DNA of 62,901 nucleotides from Candidatus Azambacteria bacterium (GTDB lineage Bacteria; Patescibacteriota; Minisyncoccia; GWC2-36-17; WO2-46-25). How positions within the stretch are numbered: position 1 is the first letter of the stretch; each line of letters starts with the position of its first letter. The stretch lies in NCBI GenBank assembly GCA_016234725.1, contig JACRAK010000005.1:1-62901 (forward strand), in the 5' to 3' direction. Both the position numbers and the translations under genes were made by a program. Under the pieces are notes generated by a model that saw only the letters and a program-made list of their open reading frames with translations, ran no database searches and was not told the DNA's origin. This document shows positions 9,636 to 18,743 of the stretch, in pieces.

Positions 9636-9878
9636 TTACGCGGCAGGGTCAATGCGCGCAACAGGGAACACATCCTCTTTCAAAAGTTTTTCCGGGTTCG
9701 GCACGAGCTTGCTCGCCTCAAGTACCTCAATAAGCACCGGTGCGTGCCCGCTCGTAAAATGCATGATCAGAGTGCCCACCTCTTTCGCATATGCGATCGG
9801 CTTGTCGCTTATCTCCCACGCGAGCACGTCGCTCTCGAGGTCATACGTCACGCCGCTTTCTTTGTGTTCTTTCTCCAT
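9636..9878 (-). CDS. DUF2283-family protein (putative antitoxin)
   Basis: MEKEHKESGVTYDLESDVLAWEISDKPIAYAKEV...VLIEVLEAS. Trimmed to the internal ATG at 9878, 1 nt after the upstream gene's stop. Confidence 0.7.
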   Translation of the reverse strand: MEKEHKESGVTYDLESDVLAWEISDKPIAYAKEVGTLIMHFTSGHAPVLIEVLEASKLVPNPEKLLKEDVFPVARIDPAA

Positions 9879-9879
9879 A

Positions 9880-10110
9880 TCAGAGTGGATAAAACGTGAT
9901 GATCTTTTGCAGTTTCCCTTCGTTTTTATACACAACACCGATCGTGCGGCCGCCGCTCCCTTTTTTGCGCGCAAAAAACAAAGGTTTTTTTGTATCATCT
10001 AGCGTATCGGGAGACCCCGCTGCAGACACGACCTCCTCGCGGCTCACCGCCATGCCGTGCCGCTCAAGCACTGAAAACTTCTTATTCGCGTATGCAGTAA
10101 AAAATAGCAT
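9880..10110 (-). CDS. DUF4258-family protein (putative toxin paired with DUF2283)
   Basis: 76 aa ORF directly upstream of, and adjacent to, the DUF2283 gene. This is the known two-gene arrangement. Confidence 0.6.
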   Translation of the reverse strand: MLFFTAYANKKFSVLERHGMAVSREEVVSAAGSPDTLDDTKKPLFFARKKGSGGRTIGVVYKNEGKLQKIITFYPL

Positions 10111-10149
10111 ACCGGTATGGTAACAAATTTTGCGGTTTTACGGCAACTT

Positions 10150-10185
10150 TTAAAAAAAACAGCGGCTTCATTATATGAAGCCGCT
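10150..10185 (-). terminator. Rho-independent terminator
   Basis: On the minus strand: AGCGGCTTCA-tataa-TGAAGCCGCT followed by TTTTTTTT. Confidence 0.7.
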
Positions 10186-10412
10186 CACTGCTCTGTTTGA
10201 TGATCCCTTTTTTTCCGGAGCTCCTCGCACCTTTCCTTCTCTTTAAATCCCCTCTTTGAATACGCAAACCCCGGACAAGACGGCGTGCCGATCAAAGAAT
10301 ACCGCCTTCCCGGCAAACGGCGCAGTGCTACATGATACGCCTCTTCGTTGACCCCTTCAGAATGGTCGGACTCCTCCCATCCGCAATGCTTACAACGAAT
10401 CCCGTATGCCAT
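10185..10412 (-). CDS. Small Cys-containing hypothetical protein (CxxC)
   Basis: 75 aa. Strong SD (AAGGAGGGAGG) 5 nt upstream of the ATG, terminator immediately downstream. Confidence 0.6.
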   Translation of the reverse strand: MAYGIRCKHCGWEESDHSEGVNEEAYHVALRRLPGRRYSLIGTPSCPGFAYSKRGFKEKERCEELRKKRDHQTEQ

Positions 10413-10500
10413 ACCTCCCTCCTTTTTATTGAGTTTTCAAAGGCTTTCCGTGTTGCCGCCACTATAAATAATTTGACCGCCAAGGTCAAGAACAAACCGG

Positions 10501-10582
10501 TGCTCGGGGGGAGAGTTGAACTCCCACGGGTTGCCCCACCAGCTCCTAAGGCTGGCGCGTCTGCCGGTTCCGCCACCCGAGC
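10501..10582 (-). tRNA. tRNA-Leu (anticodon TAG), type II
   Basis: Acceptor GCTCGGG/CCCGAGC, anticodon loop CTTAGGA, long variable arm, T-arm GGGAGTTCAACTCTCCC. Confidence 0.85.
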
Positions 10583-10607
10583 ATATACACACAGCAAGAA
10601 ACACCCC

Positions 10608-11636
10608 TTACTGGCCTGCCGATTGATAGATCGGCCCGATGATGGCAAGCGCGAGAAATAATACCACAATACCCACGATGACCAAAAGGATGGGTTCTAT
10701 CAGCGTAAACAGATTCTTTACGTTATTCTCAACTTCTTTTTGGTAGAACGACGCGAGAAAATCGAGGTTTCGTTCGATGCTTGCCGATTTTTCCCCTACT
10801 TCAAGCATTTGAATGTACAGCGGCGGGAAAAGCTTTCTATCCAAGAACGCGGAAATGGTATTCCCCTTGAGTATCTCCGGGATCACCCGCCTGATCGCGC
10901 CCTGAAACGCGTCGTTCCCCAAGCTCTCTGCCATGATCGCCAGCGATTCGTGAACGGGCACGCCGCTTTTGAGCAATGTCGCGAGCACTTTTGCCGAACG
11001 CGCAAGATACACCCGGCGGACGATACTGCCAGCGATCGGGAAATGAAGCACGGCGTGATCGGAAAATCTTTTTCCCGAGGGCGACCGGACAAAAAAATAA
11101 ATGCTGATGGCAAGTACGGCCATCGCAATAATCAGCATCATGCCGTATGCGGATACGAACGCCGCGAGCGCAAGTACTGCCCGCGTTGCGAGCGGAGGAT
11201 CCCCGCTCAACGACGAAAGGAGGTCTGTCACTGTTGGCAACACCGTGTAGCCAAGCACTGCCGCGACCGCAATGATCGCGCACAGCATGAACGCGGGGTA
11301 CATCAGCGCCGAGGTGAGCGTTTTCTTAAAAACCATCGCCGTCTCAATATGATCGGCAAGATATTCAAGATTATTCTCAAGCGTGCCCGATTTCTCTGCC
11401 GCCTTCACAACATTGACATAGAAAAACCCGAATGCGGAAGGGTGCGCCTCAAGCGCCCCGGAAAACTTTTGGCCCGCTTCGACGCGCTGAGCGATATCGA
11501 ATAATATTTTCCGAAACGAAGGGTTCCGTGACTGCTGTACCTGCGTCCGTATCGCCTGCGCGAGCGGAATATTCGCCTTCGCCATCACGGCGAGATTTTT
11601 GGTGAATATGAGATTATCTCTGTCGGTAATACGCAT
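10608..11636 (-). CDS. Type II secretion system F family protein (PilC/GspF paralog)
   Basis: 342 aa polytopic protein with two T2SSF-like repeats. Similar in organisation to the PilC at 30366-31595. Confidence 0.75.
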   Translation of the reverse strand: MRITDRDNLIFTKNLAVMAKANIPLAQAIRTQVQQSRNPSFRKILFDIAQRVEAGQKFSGALEAHPSAFGFFYVNVVKAAEKSGTLENNLEYLADHIETAMVFKKTLTSALMYPAFMLCAIIAVAAVLGYTVLPTVTDLLSSLSGDPPLATRAVLALAAFVSAYGMMLIIAMAVLAISIYFFVRSPSGKRFSDHAVLHFPIAGSIVRRVYLARSAKVLATLLKSGVPVHESLAIMAESLGNDAFQGAIRRVIPEILKGNTISAFLDRKLFPPLYIQMLEVGEKSASIERNLDFLASFYQKEVENNVKNLFTLIEPILLVIVGIVVLFLALAIIGPIYQSAGQ

Positions 11637-11680
11637 GTATTATTACTCTGAATTATGAAATGTATCTCTCATGTGATTAT

Positions 11681-11790
11681 AAGCCAGTATCCTCAATTCT
11701 TTCTTTAATCCTCTCACGCCCTTTATTTAAAATAATAATGAAGGGCTGCGCTTCCGTTAAGATAAAAGAAAGAATTGAGGATACTGGCTT
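11681..11790. repeat. Conserved-core long hairpin element, copy A
   Basis: 23 bp perfect stem aagccagtatcctcaattctttc / gaaagaattgaggatactggctt. It encloses a 64 nt core with inner hairpin GCCCTT..AAGGGC and CCGTTAAGAT. Confidence 0.75.
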
Positions 11791-11829
11791 AGCAAAGAAC
11801 CTGGCTTATTATTTCGTAATTCAAGGATA

Positions 11830-13644
11830 TTATCCAATGTTTTTGGATTGTAGCACCTGGTCGATCGCATCGCAATACGATGCCGCGGACCAGCTTTGCG
11901 CGAGACACCCGCGCGGGGTATAGCGATCGGCGGACGACACCTCCGCATGATGTCCAAAGATCCCTTCCCATAAGATGTCGTGGGTACTCGCGGCAAGCAG
12001 TGCGTCAATAAATGGTTTAAATTTCTCCACATTAACCCTAAATAATGACAGCGCCGCATAGTTATTGATAAAAAACCATGCATCACCGTGATGATAACTC
12101 CGGTTAGGATCATCGCATCCGCGATCAACGCCGCAAAAGAAGGGATGTGTTTTTGGAATGCTCGCGATGCCGCCCCACGGCAGCCATAATGCATCAAGCG
12201 CGTACGTAAACGCTTTTTCCCATTCGTGCTTCAATAAAAGATCCGGATAAAAACAATATGCAAGAAAGATATTCGGCCGCTGTGTCGCATCACCCGCACC
12301 ATCGGCAAGAATATTCCCATCCCAAAATGCCGCACGCACGGCACGCAACAGTTCTGCTTCTTTAAGAAAGTATGCTGTATCACCGGTAAGCTGCCCCGCA
12401 AAGCGAAACATCGCAAGCGTAAGGGCTTGGATCTCGATCCGTGCTCCCGCGCGGTCAGACCCCCGATATTCGGTATCCATCCATGTTTCTTTCGGGCCGT
12501 TCACCACGAGTCCGTCATGCATGCGCGCAGGCAATGCAGTATGCAAGAACGAAACGAGTAATTCCTTCGTTTTTCGCAATTCTTCCCCCTGTAGCACGCC
12601 CGTCTGCGTGAGATGCGCCGCGCATCTGAAAAAAAGCCCCTCCGTATCCGCATAATGCCGGAGCACGCCGGGCGCGTCACGCCCATCAAGCGTTCCATTC
12701 ACGACCCAGTGGTCAAGGTACCGCGCATAGATCGCGCGCGCGACATTAGGAGCAAGCTGGCTCGAAGAGATCGCAAAATCCCTCAGCCAAAATTGCGCAA
12801 ACCACGGAATACCCGCATACAGCCCTTCGCTGTTCTTCCACTCGTCTTTCACCTCCATGTGATGCAGTGAATATTTTGCGGCAAGATACGCCATACGGAT
12901 CTCCTCATCGCTAATGGACTGGCCATGCTTGTGCGCAAACCACTCCGCCTCCGCATCAAGCGACTTCTTGATCTTTCCCGCGTTGTCATATACACGCTTG
13001 GCCGCGGCGATCGCGGCATCTTTCTCCTGAGCAACGGAAAACACGAATTTTTTCCCCTGAAGGTCAGCCGCATGAAAAACGTATCGTTCGAACGGCGGGT
13101 CGTTGCGCTCCTGATCCCATGCATAGCGCTCCTCTACCCACTCTTTTTTTGCCCTGCTGCCGCCAATGCCCGCGATCGCAAGAAAAAAGCGCCTCCCGAG
13201 CGTGCCGTCTTCGCGCTTCACGAATTCAACCACCACGCACCCTTCCTCCGCGGTGACCTCGTAAAACCGTCCCATCTCGCTGTTATCGAATATTTCTTTT
13301 CCGTCCAACAATACCGAAAGCGTGATCGCCTCGTTTGCCTGCCATACGAGCGAATTACTGTCTTGGTCGAGGAAAAACAGTTCGCGAACCCCTCCTTGCC
13401 GCTCGATCTCAAAGCTGGAAAACCGATTCGTCACCCGTTTTGCCGAGAGCCGCACGCCAAGCTTCAGTCCTGCGATCGTTTTGAGCATCACGCCGTTTTC
13501 CCGCACGAAAAAACCATGATAGCGCGACGCGCGATCTTCCTGCCAATAAAAAAAACCGCCCTTGGTATTGGTAAGAAGCATCTGCGGATTTCCTTCTATT
13601 TCTTTTTGGATCGCGTACGCGCCGATCCGGTGTATGCATTGCAT
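11830..13644 (-). CDS. Glycogen debranching enzyme (amylo-alpha-1,6-glucosidase, GDE_C-type)
   Basis: GIPWFAQFWLRDFAISS and (alpha/alpha)6-barrel-like C-terminal half. Start trimmed to the ATG at 13644 to avoid overlap with the upstream gene. Confidence 0.75.
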   Translation of the reverse strand: MQCIHRIGAYAIQKEIEGNPQMLLTNTKGGFFYWQEDRASRYHGFFVRENGVMLKTIAGLKLGVRLSAKRVTNRFSSFEIERQGGVRELFFLDQDSNSLVWQANEAITLSVLLDGKEIFDNSEMGRFYEVTAEEGCVVVEFVKREDGTLGRRFFLAIAGIGGSRAKKEWVEERYAWDQERNDPPFERYVFHAADLQGKKFVFSVAQEKDAAIAAAKRVYDNAGKIKKSLDAEAEWFAHKHGQSISDEEIRMAYLAAKYSLHHMEVKDEWKNSEGLYAGIPWFAQFWLRDFAISSSQLAPNVARAIYARYLDHWVVNGTLDGRDAPGVLRHYADTEGLFFRCAAHLTQTGVLQGEELRKTKELLVSFLHTALPARMHDGLVVNGPKETWMDTEYRGSDRAGARIEIQALTLAMFRFAGQLTGDTAYFLKEAELLRAVRAAFWDGNILADGAGDATQRPNIFLAYCFYPDLLLKHEWEKAFTYALDALWLPWGGIASIPKTHPFFCGVDRGCDDPNRSYHHGDAWFFINNYAALSLFRVNVEKFKPFIDALLAASTHDILWEGIFGHHAEVSSADRYTPRGCLAQSWSAASYCDAIDQVLQSKNIG

Positions 13645-13649
13645 AATAG

Positions 13650-15449
13650 CTACCCTCGCGTTGCGTGTTTTGCAAGCGCGCGCGTATGCGCGGTAAAATA
13701 ATGCTTCACGAACACGCTCCAATCCGCCTGCTCCGCGAGCTTATACGCGGCGATCTTGTTTTCCACGCGCTCCCGCCGCGAATACGCAACGTACCGGTCA
13801 AGCTCGTCGGCGAGCGCGCGCACGATATCGTCATCGCTTTTTCCGAGCCGTTCAATGATATACACGCCCGGGTTTTTCTTGCCCGCAAGCGTCTCTTTGA
13901 AAAACATGCCGAATCCCGACAGGTCGGTCGTGACCGATGCCACGCCAAGCGCCGCACTCTCAAGCGGCGTGTACCCCCATGGCTCATAGAATGACGGGAA
14001 TACCCCCAGATGCGACCCCTGGATGGACTCGTAGTATTCTAAATCAAGCACGCCATCGGAACCCCGCGAGTAAATAGGGTAAAAGATCACTTTCACTTTG
14101 TCTTCTTTCTTATTGGTAAGCCCCTCTTCGTGGAATGCCCGAAGGATCTGGTCATGCTGGTTTATTATGTTATGCGTCGCAAGCGGCGGAAGCGGATCGC
14201 TTGTCTTTAATTCGCGGATCTTCTGCTTCAAAGAAAGGATCATCCCTTCGTCAAAAAGGTCGCTGATCTTCACATCTTCCTCTGCGATCAATGAATACAG
14301 GATCGCCTCTTCGACGTCTTCCTCGACCTCTTCAAGCGAGTTCTGGATGTCGTTGAATACTTCGCGGGAACGCGTAAGTTTTTCGTTGATGCCAAGAACC
14401 TCGGCGGGCACCCAAAAAAAACTCACGACGGTTTTTTTGCTGCCTGACGCGATAAGACGGCGATTAAGCTCCGCAAGCGCCTTAATATATACATCGATCC
14501 CTTTATTATGGAACTCATACCGCGCGCCGATGAACATGATGATCGTCTGCGACACATCAAAACTGTAGTATGGGAAAAAATAATACATGAGGAACTTCCT
14601 GATCCTGTTGCGCTGAATGCCGTGCTTGCGGTTGATCTCTTCTATGGTGGGGAATTTCTCGATATCAAGCCCGTTGGGCAATATCACATCCGCTTCTTTG
14701 CCCAAAAAATATTTCGCTTCAAGCGAGGTGATCTGGCTGACCGTCGTAAACATGTCCGCGATGGCGACCGCGGCTTTTTCAAGCTGATGCTTGTGCTGGA
14801 CGAAATTCGCGCGCGCCTCTTTCTCAGGATCGATGTTTGCAAAGTTCGAATAAAAATCGACGCCGCGCGACGCCAAACTTCTTCCGAGCGTGGTCGCGTG
14901 CGTGGTAAACACCGTCGCGATATCCAGCTTCTCTTTTTTAATATAAATAAGCGCGGGCGCGGCAAGCCATTCGTGAACATGGGCAAGTATCTTCTTTTTT
15001 GGCATCTCGGCGGCAATGCGCTTCAAAAGCTTCCCAACCGCATACCCCCATGCCACCGGCTCATCAAAATCAAACCCGGACCCGAGCGAATCAACGCCGT
15101 GCAAATTCCACAGTTCCTGCTTGATCTCATTCGCGTACGGCAACACCCCTTTAAAATCAAGCAAAATGAGCGAGGGCTCGCCGTCAATGAGCCATTTGCC
15201 GAAATGCACCACGATGCCGTCCTTTTTTACATCTTCAAATGCTTTTTGCAAGTACGCGGGCACGGGCTGCGGCTCGAACTGGCCAAAGAGCTTATTTTCA
15301 AAATAAGGACCGACCATAAAATACCCCGCGCCGTAAAAATCAACCATCTCCCGCGCCTTCGAGGTGATCACGGTGTGAATACCGCCGACCTTGTTGGCGA
15401 CCTCCCACGATGCCTCAAATAAAAAATCGGGTTTGACGTATTCTTCCAT
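13650..15449 (-). CDS. GT3-family (eukaryote/archaeal-like) glycogen synthase
   Basis: N-terminus FEASWEVANKVGGIHTVITSKA is the GT3 glycogen synthase signature. 599 aa. Confidence 0.8.
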   Translation of the reverse strand: MEEYVKPDFLFEASWEVANKVGGIHTVITSKAREMVDFYGAGYFMVGPYFENKLFGQFEPQPVPAYLQKAFEDVKKDGIVVHFGKWLIDGEPSLILLDFKGVLPYANEIKQELWNLHGVDSLGSGFDFDEPVAWGYAVGKLLKRIAAEMPKKKILAHVHEWLAAPALIYIKKEKLDIATVFTTHATTLGRSLASRGVDFYSNFANIDPEKEARANFVQHKHQLEKAAVAIADMFTTVSQITSLEAKYFLGKEADVILPNGLDIEKFPTIEEINRKHGIQRNRIRKFLMYYFFPYYSFDVSQTIIMFIGARYEFHNKGIDVYIKALAELNRRLIASGSKKTVVSFFWVPAEVLGINEKLTRSREVFNDIQNSLEEVEEDVEEAILYSLIAEEDVKISDLFDEGMILSLKQKIRELKTSDPLPPLATHNIINQHDQILRAFHEEGLTNKKEDKVKVIFYPIYSRGSDGVLDLEYYESIQGSHLGVFPSFYEPWGYTPLESAALGVASVTTDLSGFGMFFKETLAGKKNPGVYIIERLGKSDDDIVRALADELDRYVAYSRRERVENKIAAYKLAEQADWSVFVKHYFTAHTRALAKHATRG

Positions 15450-15479
15450 GAAACGATGTATTAGACCTGCTGATGCGCG

Positions 15480-15782
15480 TTAGCGGTATTTTGCAAGCTG
15501 GGCGAGCCGCTCACTGATGCGCGCCTCTATTTTTGCGCGCACTCCATTTGCTTTTCGAATGTCTTTTGCAAGCACCGCATCATGCAGTATATCTTCTATC
15601 CATGATGCGAAATCGCACCTTTGGCTGTTGCAATGATTATTGAACACGTCTTGCGGCATGTTCGAAAGCGCCGCATCGAATTCCGCAAGGCTCGCGAACG
15701 CATTTCCATCCGCATTGAAAAAACGCTCAGCTCCCTCCACGTGGCGAAGAATGTCGCGCGCGGTTGTTTTAGTTAATCTCAT
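15480..15782 (-). CDS. Small hypothetical protein inside the glycogen cluster
   Basis: 100 aa ORF, co-directional and tightly spaced between the GH57 and GT3 genes. Confidence 0.5.
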   Translation of the reverse strand: MRLTKTTARDILRHVEGAERFFNADGNAFASLAEFDAALSNMPQDVFNNHCNSQRCDFASWIEDILHDAVLAKDIRKANGVRAKIEARISERLAQLAKYR

Positions 15783-15800
15783 ATGTTCTATGCTTCTGTA

Positions 15801-17030
15801 TTATACCGTATGCTTACTATGATACGGCGAAACGACCTTTTGTGCCAGTCTCGTTTTTAAATCATTGAGCGCATTCATATACGAGATGAACGCATCATAC
15901 GGCGATTCGTACGGATTGAAATATTTATGCACATCGCCGTCCGCAAACCACTTCGTGCACATATAATAGAAATGATCCGACGTCTGCATGCGCCGCCAAT
16001 CCGCGATCAGACGTTCATCGCCGCTTTCAAGGACATCGCGCTCAAGCGCGTATACCGCTCCGAGCGCCGCATGCTGCATGGCGTTCGATCGCCATGCGGA
16101 AAGATCGCGCTCGACGTCCGCCCACGAAATATGCCGCGCCACATCAATGGTGTCGCGCGCGGGATATGCGGCAAGAACTTCCGAGGGCGTTTTAAAATCA
16201 TTGTCTTTGCGCGCAAGCACTTCCCGAGGAAGATTTCGCAAAAAATCAAAGATACCCGTGCTTTCCCATTGGTGCTCGCCGAATGTTTCGTAATCCATGA
16301 ACAGATTGACCACCTCACCGTTTCCGTTGTGCTCCGATATCCATGACGCGAACTTCGCCGCGTCAAGCGGCCACTCGGCCCACTCGCGCGATGAAAAGCG
16401 GAACGCGACATCATCCGATAGTTTATAATTCTTCAATAATAATTTTATGCGCTCGCTCCCCTGCGGCATATACACGAAGTTGGGGCTCCGCCACCCCAGC
16501 ATATCGTCCACTCCTTCGGCGAGAATTCCTTCGAAGCCAAGCTGCTCCGCCCATCCCGCGATCTCGTTATTATAAATAAGTTCCGTGTTGCGGAACACGC
16601 GCGGGCGCGCCCCGAAGAACTTTTCTATGATATCGCGGTGCATCATGACCTGCCTTTTGAATTCATCGAACGAATACAGTGCCGCAAGCGAGTGATGATA
16701 TGTTTCAGACAAGAACTCCACCTGTCCCGTTTTTGCGAGCTGATAGAACGAATTAAGCACCTCCGGCCCGTACTGCTCTGCCTGTTCAAGGAATACTCCG
16801 GAAAGCGAAAAGCTCACGCGAAATTCCGGATGTGCGCGCAAACATTCAAGCAGGATGCGGTTTGCCGGCAGATAGCACTTTGCCGCAACTTTTTGAAATA
16901 TTTTTCTATTATTGAGCTTGCTTTCCGAATCGTCGTTAAAATACTCGTGATCGGTGCCGATGTTGAAAATAGGGTATCGCTTTACCCGGAACGGCTGGTG
17001 CACTTGAAAATAAAAACAAACGCTTGGCAT
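15801..17030 (-). CDS. Glycoside hydrolase family 57 protein (alpha-amylase / branching-enzyme type)
   Basis: N-terminus VCFYFQVHQPFRVKRY (GH57 region I-like), FMDYETFGEHQW. Confidence 0.75.
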   Translation of the reverse strand: MPSVCFYFQVHQPFRVKRYPIFNIGTDHEYFNDDSESKLNNRKIFQKVAAKCYLPANRILLECLRAHPEFRVSFSLSGVFLEQAEQYGPEVLNSFYQLAKTGQVEFLSETYHHSLAALYSFDEFKRQVMMHRDIIEKFFGARPRVFRNTELIYNNEIAGWAEQLGFEGILAEGVDDMLGWRSPNFVYMPQGSERIKLLLKNYKLSDDVAFRFSSREWAEWPLDAAKFASWISEHNGNGEVVNLFMDYETFGEHQWESTGIFDFLRNLPREVLARKDNDFKTPSEVLAAYPARDTIDVARHISWADVERDLSAWRSNAMQHAALGAVYALERDVLESGDERLIADWRRMQTSDHFYYMCTKWFADGDVHKYFNPYESPYDAFISYMNALNDLKTRLAQKVVSPYHSKHTV

Positions 17031-17039
17031 AGATGATGA

Positions 17040-18242
17040 TTATGCGCCTGCGGGTGCGAGTGAACGATACAAACGGATGCATTGCTCGGCAACCGCGCTC
17101 CACGTGAACCGTGAAGATTCCTCGTACCCGTTATCGGAAAGGCATTGCCCAAGCTCTTTGTACCGCACCACAGCGAGTATCTTTGCGGCCATTTCATCCA
17201 CATCCCAAAAATCGACCTTCAAACAATGGTTCAACACCTCCCCGACGCCCGTCTGGCGCGAGATAAGCACAGGCGCCCGGTTCTTTTGCGCCTCAAGCGC
17301 GGTAAGCCCGAACGGCTCCGAGATCGAGGGCATAACAAAGATGTCCGCCGACCGGTACAATCGCGTCAATTCTCTTCCCCGCAAAAATCCGGTGAACGAA
17401 AAATGTTCCGCAATACCAAGCCGCGATGCCTGTTCTATTACCGCATGATACATGTCGCCGTCGCCCGCCATCACGAACATAACGTCTTTTTCCCGCTCAA
17501 GCACCTTGCGCGCCGCCGCAACGAAATAATCGGGTCCTTTTTGAAGCGTCATCCTGCCGACGAACAACACGATCGCTTTTTCAGGAAATGAGAATGAACG
17601 CGCATTACCCCCGCACGCGATCGCATCATCGACCGCGTTATGGACCACTTCGATCTTTTCCGGCGGGATGCCGTATTTTGCGATGATCATATCTTTCGTG
17701 AACCGGGAAACCGCCACCACCTTATCCGCTTGTTCCATTCCCCATTTCTCGATCTCGTACACTTTTTGATCGACCCCTTGCCCGCCTGTCCGGTCGAATT
17801 CGGTCGCGTGCACATGCGCGATCAGCGGCTTGCCTGATGCGCGCTTTGCGACGACCCCCGCAGGGAATGAAAGCCAGTCGTGCGCATGAATGACATCGAA
17901 TTGTTCGCGCTCTGCGATGCGCTTTGCCTCCGCGCCATACCGCATCACCTCGTCTTGGAGCGTATCGCCGAAATGGCTCAGCTCGCCCCGCGCGAGAAGC
18001 GCCGCATACCGCTCCGCGGTAAGATACGGCACAAGCGGGGAGCGGATGCCCACCACCTTTACCGTATCGCTCGCGAAAATGACCCGAAAAGGATCAAAAG
18101 AAACATTGTCGTATTTTTGAGGGAGTACAAAAATGACCTCTGCGTTTTTTTCACAGAGCGCCTTCGCGAGATTATAGCAGGCGACCCCAAGCCCGCCGCT
18201 GTTATGCGGGGGGAGTTCCCACCCGAACATAAGGACGCGCAT
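17040..18242 (-). CDS. GT4/GT5-type glycosyltransferase (glycogen/starch synthase-like)
   Basis: MRVLMFGWELPPHNSGGLGVA..., C-terminal GT-B motif PSISEPFGLTALEA. Start trimmed to the ATG at 18242. Confidence 0.75.
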   Translation of the reverse strand: MRVLMFGWELPPHNSGGLGVACYNLAKALCEKNAEVIFVLPQKYDNVSFDPFRVIFASDTVKVVGIRSPLVPYLTAERYAALLARGELSHFGDTLQDEVMRYGAEAKRIAEREQFDVIHAHDWLSFPAGVVAKRASGKPLIAHVHATEFDRTGGQGVDQKVYEIEKWGMEQADKVVAVSRFTKDMIIAKYGIPPEKIEVVHNAVDDAIACGGNARSFSFPEKAIVLFVGRMTLQKGPDYFVAAARKVLEREKDVMFVMAGDGDMYHAVIEQASRLGIAEHFSFTGFLRGRELTRLYRSADIFVMPSISEPFGLTALEAQKNRAPVLISRQTGVGEVLNHCLKVDFWDVDEMAAKILAVVRYKELGQCLSDNGYEESSRFTWSAVAEQCIRLYRSLAPAGA

Positions 18243-18373
18243 AGAACTCATTTTAATACTATCTGTCGACGCCAACACCGCAGCAACTGAAGCTGTGTTA
18301 CTGATACTGCATACATATATGGCATCCGCTCTCTCATGCCTCTCGCTTCACCGCGCACCGTTTCTGAAACTCC

Positions 18374-18661
18374 TTATTTCCGCTTTGCGCTTTTCAGCTT
18401 CTTTTCAAGAAGGGCAAGGTCCTTTTTTGTGGCGACCTTCAACGCTTTCACCGCCGTAAGCAGCGACTGCCGCACCTGCGCTTCTATCTTCGCTTCGATC
18501 TTTTGTGACTGCGCGAGCGTTTCAGCGACCAATTTCTCGCCTTCTTTCTTATTCACGTGATTCTTCTTTACCAATTCGCTCACCGCCTTCTCAACTTCTT
18601 TACGCGTTTTCGCGTATGCGCCCAAACCGAACTGCAAACTTTTTTTGATAATGTCGTTCAT
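18374..18661 (-). CDS. Phasin-like / coiled-coil small protein
   Basis: 95 aa, Lys/Glu-rich, predicted helical. Resembles COG3937 phasin-family proteins. Confidence 0.45.
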   Translation of the reverse strand: MNDIIKKSLQFGLGAYAKTRKEVEKAVSELVKKNHVNKKEGEKLVAETLAQSQKIEAKIEAQVRQSLLTAVKALKVATKKDLALLEKKLKSAKRK

Positions 18662-18743
18662 AGTTTAATAGATAATGATACTCTGCGCTCGACTCCCGTA
18701 TAATACCATACTCGCTGGCGCCGCACTATACGCACGCCCTCTC

